Part shown: in pieces, positions 23,015-32,877 of the stretch
Numbering within the stretch: the first letter of the stretch is position 1
Layout: each line of letters begins with the position of its first letter
Origin: Nitrospinales bacterium
Lineage (GTDB): Bacteria > Nitrospinota > Nitrospinia > Nitrospinales > VA-1
Length of the DNA: 64,000 nt
NCBI GenBank assembly: GCA_965262115.1
Contig: OZ253496.1
Location: 320,001 to 384,000, forward strand
Direction: 5' to 3'
Program-made: the position numbers and the translations under genes
The notes under the pieces: generated by a model
Told to the model about the DNA's origin: nothing
What the model saw: only the letters and a program-made list of their open reading frames with translations
Databases searched by the model: none

Positions 23015-23259
23015 AAAACAAATCAAGCTCCTCTTGAATCATTGTTTCCAATAATAGCGCTACCCGCTACGTGAGTGGAGGGAGGAAATAGTAGCAAACT
23101 ATAGTTGAAAGCCCAACAACCACTTTCTACTAGATGGAATCGACAAATTACATCCGGCGGTTCGCCGGTCGGCATCAAATCCGTTGCAAATATCTATTTT
23201 TACATTATCATAACCTCCAGCATTGGAAATTCTTAAAACCACTTGAGCACTCTCAGCCT

Positions 23260-24021
23260 ATGATCAATAGCAAAAAAGTTTGTGTCATCATGCCGGCCTA
23301 CAACGCCGAAAAAACTCTCAAAAAAACTTACGACGAAATCCCCAAAGATATTGTCGATGATGTCATTCTCACGGATGACGCCAGCCAGGATGAAACGGTC
23401 AAGCTATCCCGGAAACTGGAGATCAAAACCTTTGTGCACACCGAAAACAGGGGATACGGAGCCAACCAGAAAACCTGTTACCAAGCAGCGCTTGATAGTG
23501 GCGCCGACATTGTCATCATGTTGCATCCGGACTACCAATATACCCCAAAGCTCATTACTCCCATGGTATCCATGATGGCGGAAGGAATTTTTGATGCCGT
23601 GATTGGCTCAAGAATTTTGGGCAACAAAGCCATGATGGGCGGAATGCCTATTTATAAGTATGTTTCAAACCGTGTTTTAACTCTGACCGAGAACCTGCTC
23701 ACCCAGCAAAAACTTTCCGAATATCACACCGGATACCGGGCCTTCAGCCGAAAAGTGCTGGAGACCATACCTCTGCTGGAAAACTCCGATGATTTCGTAT
23801 TCGACAACCAGATGCTTTGCCAGACCCTGTATTTTGGCTTTGATGTGGGAGAAATATCCTGCCCGGCGCTTTATTTTGACGATGCCTCATCCATCAGCTT
23901 TCGTCGTAGCGTGACCTATGGACTAGGAGTTATGGAAACCGCCCTGAAATATGCCCTGGCCAAACGCCGCATGGGACATTTCAAAATCTTCAATCCAAAC
24001 GGCAAAAGATTAGAGACCTAA
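23260..24021 (+). CDS. glycosyltransferase family 2
   Basis: VIMPAYNAE, DDASQD, NRGYGANQK, HPDYQY, HTGYRA. Confidence 0.9.
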   Translation: MINSKKVCVIMPAYNAEKTLKKTYDEIPKDIVDDVILTDDASQDETVKLSRKLEIKTFVHTENRGYGANQKTCYQAALDSGADIVIMLHPDYQYTPKLITPMVSMMAEGIFDAVIGSRILGNKAMMGGMPIYKYVSNRVLTLTENLLTQQKLSEYHTGYRAFSRKVLETIPLLENSDDFVFDNQMLCQTLYFGFDVGEISCPALYFDDASSISFRRSVTYGLGVMETALKYALAKRRMGHFKIFNPNGKRLET

Positions 24022-24057
24022 AAAAAACTGTCCGTCGAACCGCCCGGTTCAATATTT

Positions 24058-24093
24058 CCTCTCCCCTGGAGGGAGAGGATTAAAGTGAGGGGG
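24058..24093 (+). repeat. palindromic element preceding a DUF559 remnant
   Basis: CCTCTCCC-CTGGA-GGGAGAGG followed by a purine tail GTGAGGGGG; same architecture as the elements at 56375-57798. Confidence 0.7.
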
Positions 24094-24094
24094 A

Positions 24095-24230
24095 ATGAAA
24101 CCAGATCCCAAATCTGCCGCAAAAAAACTCCGAAACAACTCACCCGATGCAAAAGTAAAGCTATGGTCTGCGCTTAAAAACCGCCAACTGGGAAATTTCA
24201 AATTTCGCCGTCAAGCCCCCATCGGCACAA
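24095..24230 (+). pseudogene. truncated DUF559 endonuclease
   Basis: AKKLRNNSPDAKVKLWSALKNRQLGNFKFRRQAPIG matches the N-half of the 57367-57753 protein, then similarity stops. Confidence 0.8.
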
Positions 24231-24535
24231 CATCATTAGCAAAATGCAAACTTAGTGTGAATTTTGGTATTAGCTCCTTAACAATTTCCTTATAAGCCAG
24301 CCAACGTTTTATATAAGCCACTCCGGTCCAGATTGCAAAGGGGGCTATTAGCCAAGCCCAAGACCAATTTCTTATCTCTGATATTGGCCACTCCAAGAAC
24401 TTCACAAGAGTAAAAACCAATGAAAGAGGAGGCGCCAAATAGCTCCAGAACTTAAATCCATCCTCCCAAATTGCCCACCCAATACTTCTGGTGTATTTTT
24501 TATTGACCCATTAACTCCAATCCTAAATAGCCATT
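24211..24535 (-). pseudogene. decayed membrane-protein gene fragment
   Basis: Trp-rich hydrophobic frame extends upstream of the 75-aa ORF through two in-frame stops (MAI*DWS*WVNKKY...). Confidence 0.35.
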
Positions 24536-24552
24536 CCATAATCTTATCACGC

Positions 24553-25290
24553 CTAATACTCCACCTTGATCAGGCAGAGACCATGGGCCGGGGCGGTGGG
24601 GCCAGCTACCTTTCGGTTGCGGACTTCAAGAATAGTTTTCACTTCTCTTGCTGGCATTTTCTTTCGTCCAACATAAACCAGAGTTCCTACAAAATTACGC
24701 ACCATATGTTTGAGGAATCCCTTGCCTTCAAATTCAAAGATCAAAAAACCGTCCTGCTTGATAATTTCAACACGGTCCATGGTCCGCACAGGAGATTTCG
24801 CATTGCAGTTTCCCGCCCTGAATGAGGTGAAGTCGTGCTTCCCTTGCAGATATTTAGCGGCTCGGCGCATGGCAGGGACATCCAGTTCATGGGGGACGAA
24901 CCAGGAGCGGCGGAAGTTTAGTGCAGAAGGATAATCTCTGTTTAAAATCGTGTAACGGTAAAGCTTGCGCTTGGCAGAGCCGCGGGCGTTGAAGGTCATA
25001 GGAACTCTGCGCACTTCTCTTAGGGTGATGTCGTGTGGCAGTAAACTGTTCAAGGCCAACTGAAATTGGGAAGGTTTCATTTTAGATTCGGTCACAAAAT
25101 GGGCAGGCATCCCTTCGGCATGCACACCCGCATCGGTTCGGCTGGAACTTAAAACAGTTGTCGGAGTATTGGTGATTTTACTCAGGGCTTTTTCCAGAAC
25201 CTCCTGGATGGAGATGCCGTTTTTTTGCACCTGCCAACCGTGGTAGGCGGTGCCTTCATACTCCAAAATGAGAAGATATTTTTTTTTCAT
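24553..25290 (-). CDS. truA: tRNA pseudouridine(38-40) synthase
   Basis: YEGTAYHGWQ, SRTDAGVHA, GKHDFTSF, FLKHMVR, APAHGL. Confidence 0.97.
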   Translation of the reverse strand: MKKKYLLILEYEGTAYHGWQVQKNGISIQEVLEKALSKITNTPTTVLSSSRTDAGVHAEGMPAHFVTESKMKPSQFQLALNSLLPHDITLREVRRVPMTFNARGSAKRKLYRYTILNRDYPSALNFRRSWFVPHELDVPAMRRAAKYLQGKHDFTSFRAGNCNAKSPVRTMDRVEIIKQDGFLIFEFEGKGFLKHMVRNFVGTLVYVGRKKMPAREVKTILEVRNRKVAGPTAPAHGLCLIKVEY

Positions 25291-25311
25291 TCCACCCTAT
25301 GATTAAAAATG

Positions 25312-25343
25312 AAAAACGCGTTGAACTCGTCAACGCGTGTTTT
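25312..25343. terminator. hairpin, possibly a bidirectional terminator, at the left flank of the island
   Basis: AAAA-ACGCGTTGA-ACTCG-TCAACGCGT-GTTTT. Confidence 0.5.
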
Positions 25344-25776
25344 CCTCTTTTTATTGGCCCACTTTCTGGACTACGCAGGTCCGTTCACATTTATATGCGA
25401 ACCTTTATTTTTGTTCTACTCAATTCTTTAGGTGGATTCTCAGCTCCTATAAAGACCTCCTGGTTAAAGGTTGGTCTCAAATCCCTTATTGGGTAATATA
25501 ATCCCTCCACCGGGTTTCGCAACTTTAGTAAAGATAAGGTGCTATTATGGGCTGCATGAGAAGAAGTAGACCAAACTCAGCGAAACAGGGTCGGCTGACC
25601 GAACATTTTATGGTAGGGAGAGGGCCCGTTGTACGGTCTCCATGGTTGGCGTTAACCGCAATATGTTTGGGCTGTTTTTGGTTGAGGTAGATAAAATAGC
25701 GGGTTACCATATTTGGCTTGGTTATTCAGGACAGCCCCATTTTATAATTACAGAAGAAACCACAATAGGAAAAACC

Positions 25777-26796
25777 ATGACAGATGAATATCAGCTTTTA
25801 GAAGTTGTTGAAATAGAGTTCGATACGGAAAATCCGCGCATTAAAAAAGCACTTGAAAAATACAGCGACAAAATTACCGCTGAACGAATACATTTTGCGT
25901 TGCGCTCTGCCAGTGACGATTCAAACGCGACATCTTCATTTTCGCGGCTTAGGGACTCCATCCATGCCAATGGTGGCATTACACAACCAATTGTCGTGGC
26001 CGTACAAGGCGATAAAAAAATCTGCATTGATGGCAACACGCGACTCGCTATTTACCAGGACTTCTCAAAGCAAGGAACAACAGGTAGTTGGGAGAAAATT
26101 CCTGCACTGGTGATGCATGATGCACAACAAAAAGATATCGAAACGATCCGTGTTTCTGCCCATTTGGTTGGACCCAGACCCTGGCCTTCCTATGAGAAGG
26201 CTAGCTATCTGTATTATCTCTACCACACCGAATTCATGAGGTTTGAGGAGATGGTAGCGCTTTGTGGCGGGAATCGCCCAGAGATTGAGCGTCAAATTGA
26301 TGCCTATGAGGACATGAACGAACACTATCGTGATGTTGTCGATGACACTGCGTTTCATATCGACCGATTCAGTGGTTTTGTTGAGCTACAGAAACCACTA
26401 GTAAAACAGGCGATCCTTGACGCAGGTTTTGAATTAAAAGACTTTGGGGAATGGATAAGAGATGGCAAGGTCCGACGTTTGAAAGATACACGGAAACTAC
26501 CAAAAGTGCTACGAGATGAAGAAGCAAGGGATATTTTTGTTAAAGGGGGAATAGGGTCAATCGAGCGAGCGATAAAGCATATTGACCTCAAGACCGAAAC
26601 CGCGCCGGGTGTGGGTCTTGAAGGCGTACCAATACACACACTGGCAAAAACACTCGCTGGAAAAATCCGTGATATGCCCTTTTCAATGGTGCAGGCACTG
26701 CAAAAGGGAGACAGCGACGAAGATGTTGAAGCGGTTCGCATTTTTGAGGACTTGGCAGATTGTCTAGGCGAGCTTTTAGAGAGTGTCGGAAAGTAG
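25777..26796 (+). CDS. ParB/Srx-like N-terminal domain protein (island gene 1, intact, 339 aa)
   Basis: AGGA RBS before ATG 25777; ENPRI, DSIHANGGITQPIVV, IDGNTRLA, HLVGPRPWPSYEKA. Confidence 0.85.
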   Translation: MTDEYQLLEVVEIEFDTENPRIKKALEKYSDKITAERIHFALRSASDDSNATSSFSRLRDSIHANGGITQPIVVAVQGDKKICIDGNTRLAIYQDFSKQGTTGSWEKIPALVMHDAQQKDIETIRVSAHLVGPRPWPSYEKASYLYYLYHTEFMRFEEMVALCGGNRPEIERQIDAYEDMNEHYRDVVDDTAFHIDRFSGFVELQKPLVKQAILDAGFELKDFGEWIRDGKVRRLKDTRKLPKVLRDEEARDIFVKGGIGSIERAIKHIDLKTETAPGVGLEGVPIHTLAKTLAGKIRDMPFSMVQALQKGDSDEDVEAVRIFEDLADCLGELLESVGK

Positions 26797-27227
26797 CGAG
26801 CATCGTAACCTTGTTATGCTGATGGCTTGCGAGCTACAGGTTCAATATCCAGATGTCGTGATGGAAACGGATTTACAAATACGGCCTGGTGACCCTGTGC
26901 CGCGAATGATCAATGCGCATAGACCCGATATTTACGCGTATAACTAAGGAAAGTAATTTTTGCGTGATTGGCGAGATCAAGACGGTAGCCGGCCTGGACA
27001 ATAAGCATACATACGCCCAAATAACATCCTTTGTTAGTTATCTGGAAGACAGACATCAAGGTATTTTTGTTCTTGGTATCTCGGGTGAAAGAGCAAATAG
27101 AGCGAAAACGCTGTTACGTTTTATTCATAAGGAATTGGGCTTGGCGAAAACCGACCTGCAAATATTTGACGGTTGCGATTACTGGACACTCGATAGAAAA
27201 GAGGGAATGCGGTGGCATTTAAGTTAA
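26783..27227 (+). pseudogene. small PD-(D/E)xK nuclease-like protein, frameshifted (island gene 2)
   Basis: GTG 26783 gives MSESSEHRNLV...HRPDIYAYN* (stop 26945-47); the +1 frame continues ...FCVIGEIKT..LDNKHTYAQ. Joined, this gives PD...E-x-K. Confidence 0.7.
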
Positions 27228-28664
27228 GAAAACCACCCAAGTTAAATGCCAGACTGGATGCCTATCCGTACCAGCTGGACGCGCTCATAGCGGTGCAAAA
27301 ATTACCCTATGCGGCGATTTTCCATGAACAGGGTTTGGGTAAAACCAAGATAGCCGTTGACCTCGCTTTATATTGGATTGAAAACGATGTTGTTGACACC
27401 GTATTTATTATCACAAAAAAGACACTGGTACAAAATTGGGTGGATTAACTGGCTGTTCATTCTTATGTCAGCCCAAGAGTCCTATCTGGTAATCCCGGGG
27501 AAAACAATATTGCTTTGAACTCTCCGGTTATATTATATATGATGAATTATGAAGTGATTTCCAGCAATTTTGACTTGATACAATTATTCCTGAAAACCTG
27601 TCGCGTTGGTGCAATTCTGGATGAGTCCCAGAAAATAAAAAATCCAGACGCAAAATTAACCCAATATTTTCACGCTCTAGCCGATGGGTTTCGTCGTCGC
27701 GTCATCATGACGGGAACGCCTGTTGCCAACCGACCATTCGATATATGGTCACAAATAAAGTTTCTCGACGACGGAGAAGCATTGGGGCAATCGTTTGCCA
27801 AATTCAAAGCTCAAACGGAGCTTCCAGACACGACAGACCAGCAGGAGTTATACAGCAAACAGCTTGCTGGAATCATGATGAAGTTGAAAAAATTTTCAGT
27901 GCGGGAAACCAAAAAATCCTCTGGTCTTGAACTACCGGATAAAACCATCATCACTCACTGTGTCAAAATGACAGCATTACAGGCGAAAATTTATGCGGAC
28001 TACAGAGACAGGCTCTTACATGAGTTTGAAAGCCTTGATGGTGTGGTGATTGACGGTGCCGAAGATATCCTAAAACGTTTGTTGCGACTTGTGCAATGCG
28101 CTTCTAACCCGTTCTTGGTGGACGAAACCTATCAGGAAATACCTGGTAAATTTGTTGAATTGGACCATATTCTTAATACTGTAAACACAGAGTCAGTTAA
28201 AATAATCATCTGGACTGGATTTGTTAAAAATGTCGAGTGGATTTACCAAAAATTACAAAAGTACAACCCGGCAAAGGTACATGGTAGTTTAACCGTTGAT
28301 TATCGAAATAAAGCACTCACTAAATTTAAGACAGCCTCATCATGCCGAATTCTGGTGGCGACACCGGGGGCGGCAAAAGAAGGACTGACGCTTACGGTTG
28401 CCAATCATGCTATATTTTATGATCGCAGTTTCAGCCTGGATGATTACTTGCAGGCACAAGACCGCATTCATCGAATATCACAAACACAAGACTGTTTCGT
28501 ACATATTGATTGCCGAAAACACCATTGATGAATGGGTGGACAGCTTGCTGAATGCTAAACACCAGGCAGCCCAGTTGACTCAGGGTGATATAGACGAAAC
28601 TGAATTTGATGCGAATTTTGACTTTGACTTATCTAATGTATTGTCGAAAGTATTGAACACCTAA
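27212..28664 (+). pseudogene. SNF2-family helicase/ATPase with a nonsense codon and a frameshift (island gene 3)
   Basis: HEQGLGKT, LDESQKIKN, MTGTPVAN, AKEGLTL, QAQDRIHRISQ; in-frame TAA 27446-48; frameshift near 28505 before LIAENTIDEWV. Confidence 0.9.
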
Positions 28665-28679
28665 AGAGGTAAGACATAA

Positions 28680-29702
28680 ATGAGCGACACCACAATTACA
28701 GTATTTGACAAAGAAATTTCAGTTACGCATGAAAAAATATCTATCTATAAATTGAAATATTTTGAGGAAAACCCTCGTGTTTTTTCTTGCATTCACGGGG
28801 AAGATACACCCGAAAACGAGGATGAATTACAGACTTTTATTCAGGATAAAATGTGGGAGCAACCAAGCGTTAAAAATTTGGTTACGGATATTGAAAAGCA
28901 CGGTGGACTACTTGAAAGAATTTTAGTCCGATATGACACTCGCCAAGTTATTGAAGGAAATTCCAGATTAGCCGTTTTTCGAAAGTTACATAAAAAGAAG
29001 CCAGATGAAAAATGGGCATTTATAGAGTGTGATTATGTAGATACTCTTACACCAACACAACAAGATGCTTATCTAGCCCAAATCCATATCAAGGGAAAGA
29101 CTGAGTGGTCAGCATACGAGAAAGCAAATTTCTCCTACATTCGAGCAAAAAGAGGTGTTCCGATTGAGGATATTATGCGTATATTGTCTGAAGGAAAGAA
29201 TGAAATTTAGAAGCAAATTGACACGGTCACTTTGATGGAAACGAACAATGATATAGAGAAGTCGCATTTTAGTTATTATGATGTGCTTATCAGGTCCAGA
29301 AATATCAATCTCCACGCTAACTATACTTCTGATGTTGAAAATTTTATCTTGTCAAAAATAAAAAATATACGAACAGAAGATGCAGATAATAACGATTTCA
29401 CAGCGCAAGATTTAAGAAACAAACTGCCTGATATCTTGAAAAAAAAGAAAGTGCTAAAGAAATTTATAGTAGAAGAGTCAACTATGGATGAAGCCTATCA
29501 AAATGCTCGTCCAAGCGACCCTCTAAAAAAGATAAAGACAGCCAAGAATAAAATAATGGACATCCATAAAGAAGAAATTACTCACCTTGAAAAACGGTAT
29601 GTTGATGAGCTATTGGCTAACATAAAAAAATTGTCCAAGGAGGTGGAGCGTATTCAAAAAATGATAGAAAAGGTAAAAGAGGAAAACAACTTCAATGCCT
29701 AA
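28680..29702 (+). pseudogene. second ParB/Srx-like protein with an in-frame TAG (island gene 4, 340 codons)
   Basis: ENPRV, DIEKHGGLLERILV, IEGNSRLA, HIKGKTEWSAYEKA; TAG 29208-10 in the same frame as ORF 29232..29702. Confidence 0.85.
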
Positions 29703-31296
29703 TAACATCCTGCTTATTGAGCCCGGCTATCCCAACAAATACCCGCCATTGGGATTGATGAAGATCGCACAGTATCATGGAGTCAATGGGAAAAACGACA
29801 ATGTGCGATTTATCAAGGGCTAAGATAATAGTGTATTTGATACATATTGGGACAGAATATATATCACCACCCTGTTTTCATTCGAGTTCAGCCGTATTGC
29901 CAAATCTATAGACTTCGCGATTAAAGTCGTCAATGGCGACACTGACCGGATTTTTGTTGGTGGTATTGCTACATCTTTGATGCACGAGCGGTTTTTATCC
30001 GAAGCCCACTGGCGGGATGTACGCTTTATTAAAGGCTTGCTCAACAAAGCCCCTGCTGTATCGTTACAGTTAGATTCGTTTTCAGATGAACTCTATGCCG
30101 GAGATATAACAGGCGTACCTATAGAAGACTATATCCCGGATTACAGCATTCTTGAACAAATAAACTATCAATACCCTGTCAGGGATGCGTATTTTGCTTA
30201 TGCCTCGCGCGGGTGTGTGCGCAAATGCCACTTTTGCGGAGTGCCAAATCTTGAAGGCGAGCAGAGGGACACATATTCTTTAACAGACACTATTAATGGA
30301 ATTGAAAATCTTTACGGCCTCAAAAAAGACCTAACTTTAATGGATAACAATATAGTAGCCTCAAGTCGTTTCAAAGAAATCATAGCTGAGATTATTGGTT
30401 TAGGATTTCAAAAAGGAGCGGTGATTCAGCGAAACGGGGTGGCTGTACAACGAAGGGTGGACTTTAATCAAGGTGTGGACGCGAGAATTCTTTGCAAAAC
30501 CCCAATGTATCTGAAAGAAATAAGTAAGATTTGTATAAAACCCTTGAGGATAGCTTTTGACCATATAGGCTTAAGAAAACCTTACGAGCAGGCCATACGA
30601 TATGCGCATGAGTTTGGACTGAATGAGCTGTCCAATTATATGCTTTATAATTTTCACGACACGCCGCAGGACTTGTTCGCCAGAATGCGGTTGAATGTGT
30701 CGCTCAATGAAGAACTGGGTATTCGGATTTTCTCATTTCCGATGCGTTATCAGCCGACAGACTAGCCAGACCGCAAGCATATTAGCGCGAAATGGAATAG
30801 ATACTGGCTTCGCTCTTTTCAGATTATTTTGCAAGCAACCCACGGAATTGTCAGTGGCTCGCCAAATTTCTTCAAACACGCTTTTGGTGATTCCTATAGC
30901 GAATTTGAGAATATTTTGTGTATGCCGCATGTCTACATCCGCAATCGCAAATGGTTCTCTACCCATGGAGGACGACCTGAATTAAATGATTTTCAGACTA
31001 TTTTCTCCAAGCTCACAACCCAAGACCGTCATGACCTTCTGTCTGTTCTGTCGCGATGCCGTAATTCTGACCTGGAAATCCAACTTGCCGCTGATAAAAA
31101 CGCCAAGTTAAGAAATATAGCGGTTCACTATCGCGGGTTTACAAGTGATGAAGAGCGGATGATCTGGAAAAAAATAAAAAGGATAAAGCCTCAAAAAAAC
31201 GGGTTCTCCAGACAAGATGTTGAAGATGTACCATTTGTCTCTGAAGATGAATGCGTAGAAGATGCAGATATCAATGACGCAATAATGGTAGTGTAA
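29695..31296 (+). pseudogene. radical SAM protein with a cobalamin-binding-like N-terminus, two in-frame stops (island gene 5)
   Basis: MPNNILLIEPGYPNKYPPLGLMKIA...IFVGGIA; SRGCVRKCHFC (CxxxCxxC); DNN; DFNQGVD; TAA 29821-23 and TAG 30763-65, all in one frame. Confidence 0.88.
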
Positions 31297-31298
31297 GC

Positions 31299-32810
31299 AT
31301 GAGCAACCCTCGAGTATTTGTTGGCAAAGAGATCTTGCGGCTTATCACGACCGCGATGTATGACGACCCACTGACCATCTACAGGGAGTATATTCAAAAC
31401 GCAGTTGATGCAATTGATGGTGCCGTGGTAAAAGGCTATGATAAGGACAATGCTGGAATACGCATCAACCTGAATCATAGCGAACGAATCATTACTATCC
31501 ATGACAATGGTCCAGGCATAGCGGCTACAAAATTTTCCAGTCGCATGAAAACTATTGGCTGGAGCGAAAAAAGCGGAATATCGTTGCGTGGCCTTTGGGG
31601 CATCGGACGGCTTGCCGGTCTTGCTTATTGCAAGCACTTGGTTTTTCGGACGAAGGCTCAAGAAGAAGGCAGTGTCAGCCGCATGGATTGGGATGGGCAG
31701 AAATTCAGAGAGATATTGTCCACACCTGACCAAAAGACCGATTTATCGGCAATTGTAGAGCGAATCACCACGACATCATCTGAGTCGGTTGATATAGAGC
31801 AACCTAGCTTTTTTGAGGTTCAAATTAACCAAGTTATGCGTCACGGAAACGATGCGCTGTTGAGTGAAAAAAGAGTAAGTGAATACCTTGCTCAGGTCGC
31901 GCCAGTGCCTTTCCATATTGATGCGCCTTTTCGTAAACAGATACAGGCATTCTTGACTCCGCACATTGACGTGTCTGGCTACCGCATTTATTTAAACGAA
32001 ACGTCAGAACCCATTTATAAACCGCATTCAAAAGAGTTCATCTATTCGGCCAATCATGAAGATCGTTTTTCCGATTTTGAATGTTTCGAGGTAAAAAGCA
32101 GGGAAGACAAATCGGTAACGGTTGGCTGGCTTTTGCATCACTCTTATCTCGGTGCGCTAAAAAATAATCCGATGATGCGTGGCATAAGAATTAGAAGCGG
32201 CAATATGCAAATTGGTAACGAACGTATCTTGTCCAGTATATTTCCTGAAGAACGGTTCAATAGTTGGAGCGTTGGCGAATTGCATATACTTGATTCAATG
32301 CTACGCCCCAATGGTCAACGAAGCGACTTGGAGGATACGCCAGCATTCAGAGACATCAAGAACAAGCTCGTACCGATAGTAGGGCAAACAATTGCCAAAA
32401 AATGTCGAGCTAATTCATCCGCACGTAACAAAGCTCGATTTACGCTGGAACGGTTAAAAGCTATTGACGTTAGTCTGGATGTATTAGAGGCGAATATTCT
32501 TTCATCGACAAAAGCCAATGCTATTTTAGTTGGTATAGAACAGGGAATAACGCATTTGCAGTCCGACTTAATAACTGTTTCCAATACATTACGAGATAAA
32601 ATTTCCGTTGACACTAAGCAACTTTTGGTCCGATTACGAAGGATTCAAAGTCTTAACGGTGAACCACCACGTTTGAACGGTTTGCCCAAGACACAGTGGA
32701 ACTTGGTAAAGAATATTGCTGGTTTGATATATGATCATTCTCCAGATCCTAAAGTTGCGAGCGAATTGATATTTCATCTACGATCGTTTATTGAAAATGG
32801 TCAGAAATAG
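31299..32810 (+). CDS. GHKL (Hsp90/MutL/MORC-like) ATPase (island gene 6, intact)
   Basis: REYIQNAVDA, HDNGPGI, RGLWGIGRLAG, FRTK; S5-like segment GELHI...PNGQRSDL; helical C-terminus. Confidence 0.9.
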   Translation: MSNPRVFVGKEILRLITTAMYDDPLTIYREYIQNAVDAIDGAVVKGYDKDNAGIRINLNHSERIITIHDNGPGIAATKFSSRMKTIGWSEKSGISLRGLWGIGRLAGLAYCKHLVFRTKAQEEGSVSRMDWDGQKFREILSTPDQKTDLSAIVERITTTSSESVDIEQPSFFEVQINQVMRHGNDALLSEKRVSEYLAQVAPVPFHIDAPFRKQIQAFLTPHIDVSGYRIYLNETSEPIYKPHSKEFIYSANHEDRFSDFECFEVKSREDKSVTVGWLLHHSYLGALKNNPMMRGIRIRSGNMQIGNERILSSIFPEERFNSWSVGELHILDSMLRPNGQRSDLEDTPAFRDIKNKLVPIVGQTIAKKCRANSSARNKARFTLERLKAIDVSLDVLEANILSSTKANAILVGIEQGITHLQSDLITVSNTLRDKISVDTKQLLVRLRRIQSLNGEPPRLNGLPKTQWNLVKNIAGLIYDHSPDPKVASELIFHLRSFIENGQK

Positions 32811-32877
32811 AACTCCGCTAATACTGTATTTAATCTAGTTATCCAAGACAGCCAAAAATAATTTTATCTCAATATTT

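Noticed and set aside
25642..25776. 45-aa N-terminal extension of ParB1 given by the ORF track
   Set aside because: ATG 25777 has an AGGA RBS and an upstream TATAAT (25743-48), and gives a length matching the second paralogue.
27446..30765. Stop-codon recoding (alternative code, Sec/Pyl) to explain the in-frame stops in the island
   Set aside because: Both TAA and TAG occur, both also end neighbouring genes normally, and two frameshifts accompany them; decay is simpler.
25777..32810. Prophage or plasmid partition locus
   Set aside because: No ParA, integrase, replication or virion genes, and no flanking att repeat found by eye.
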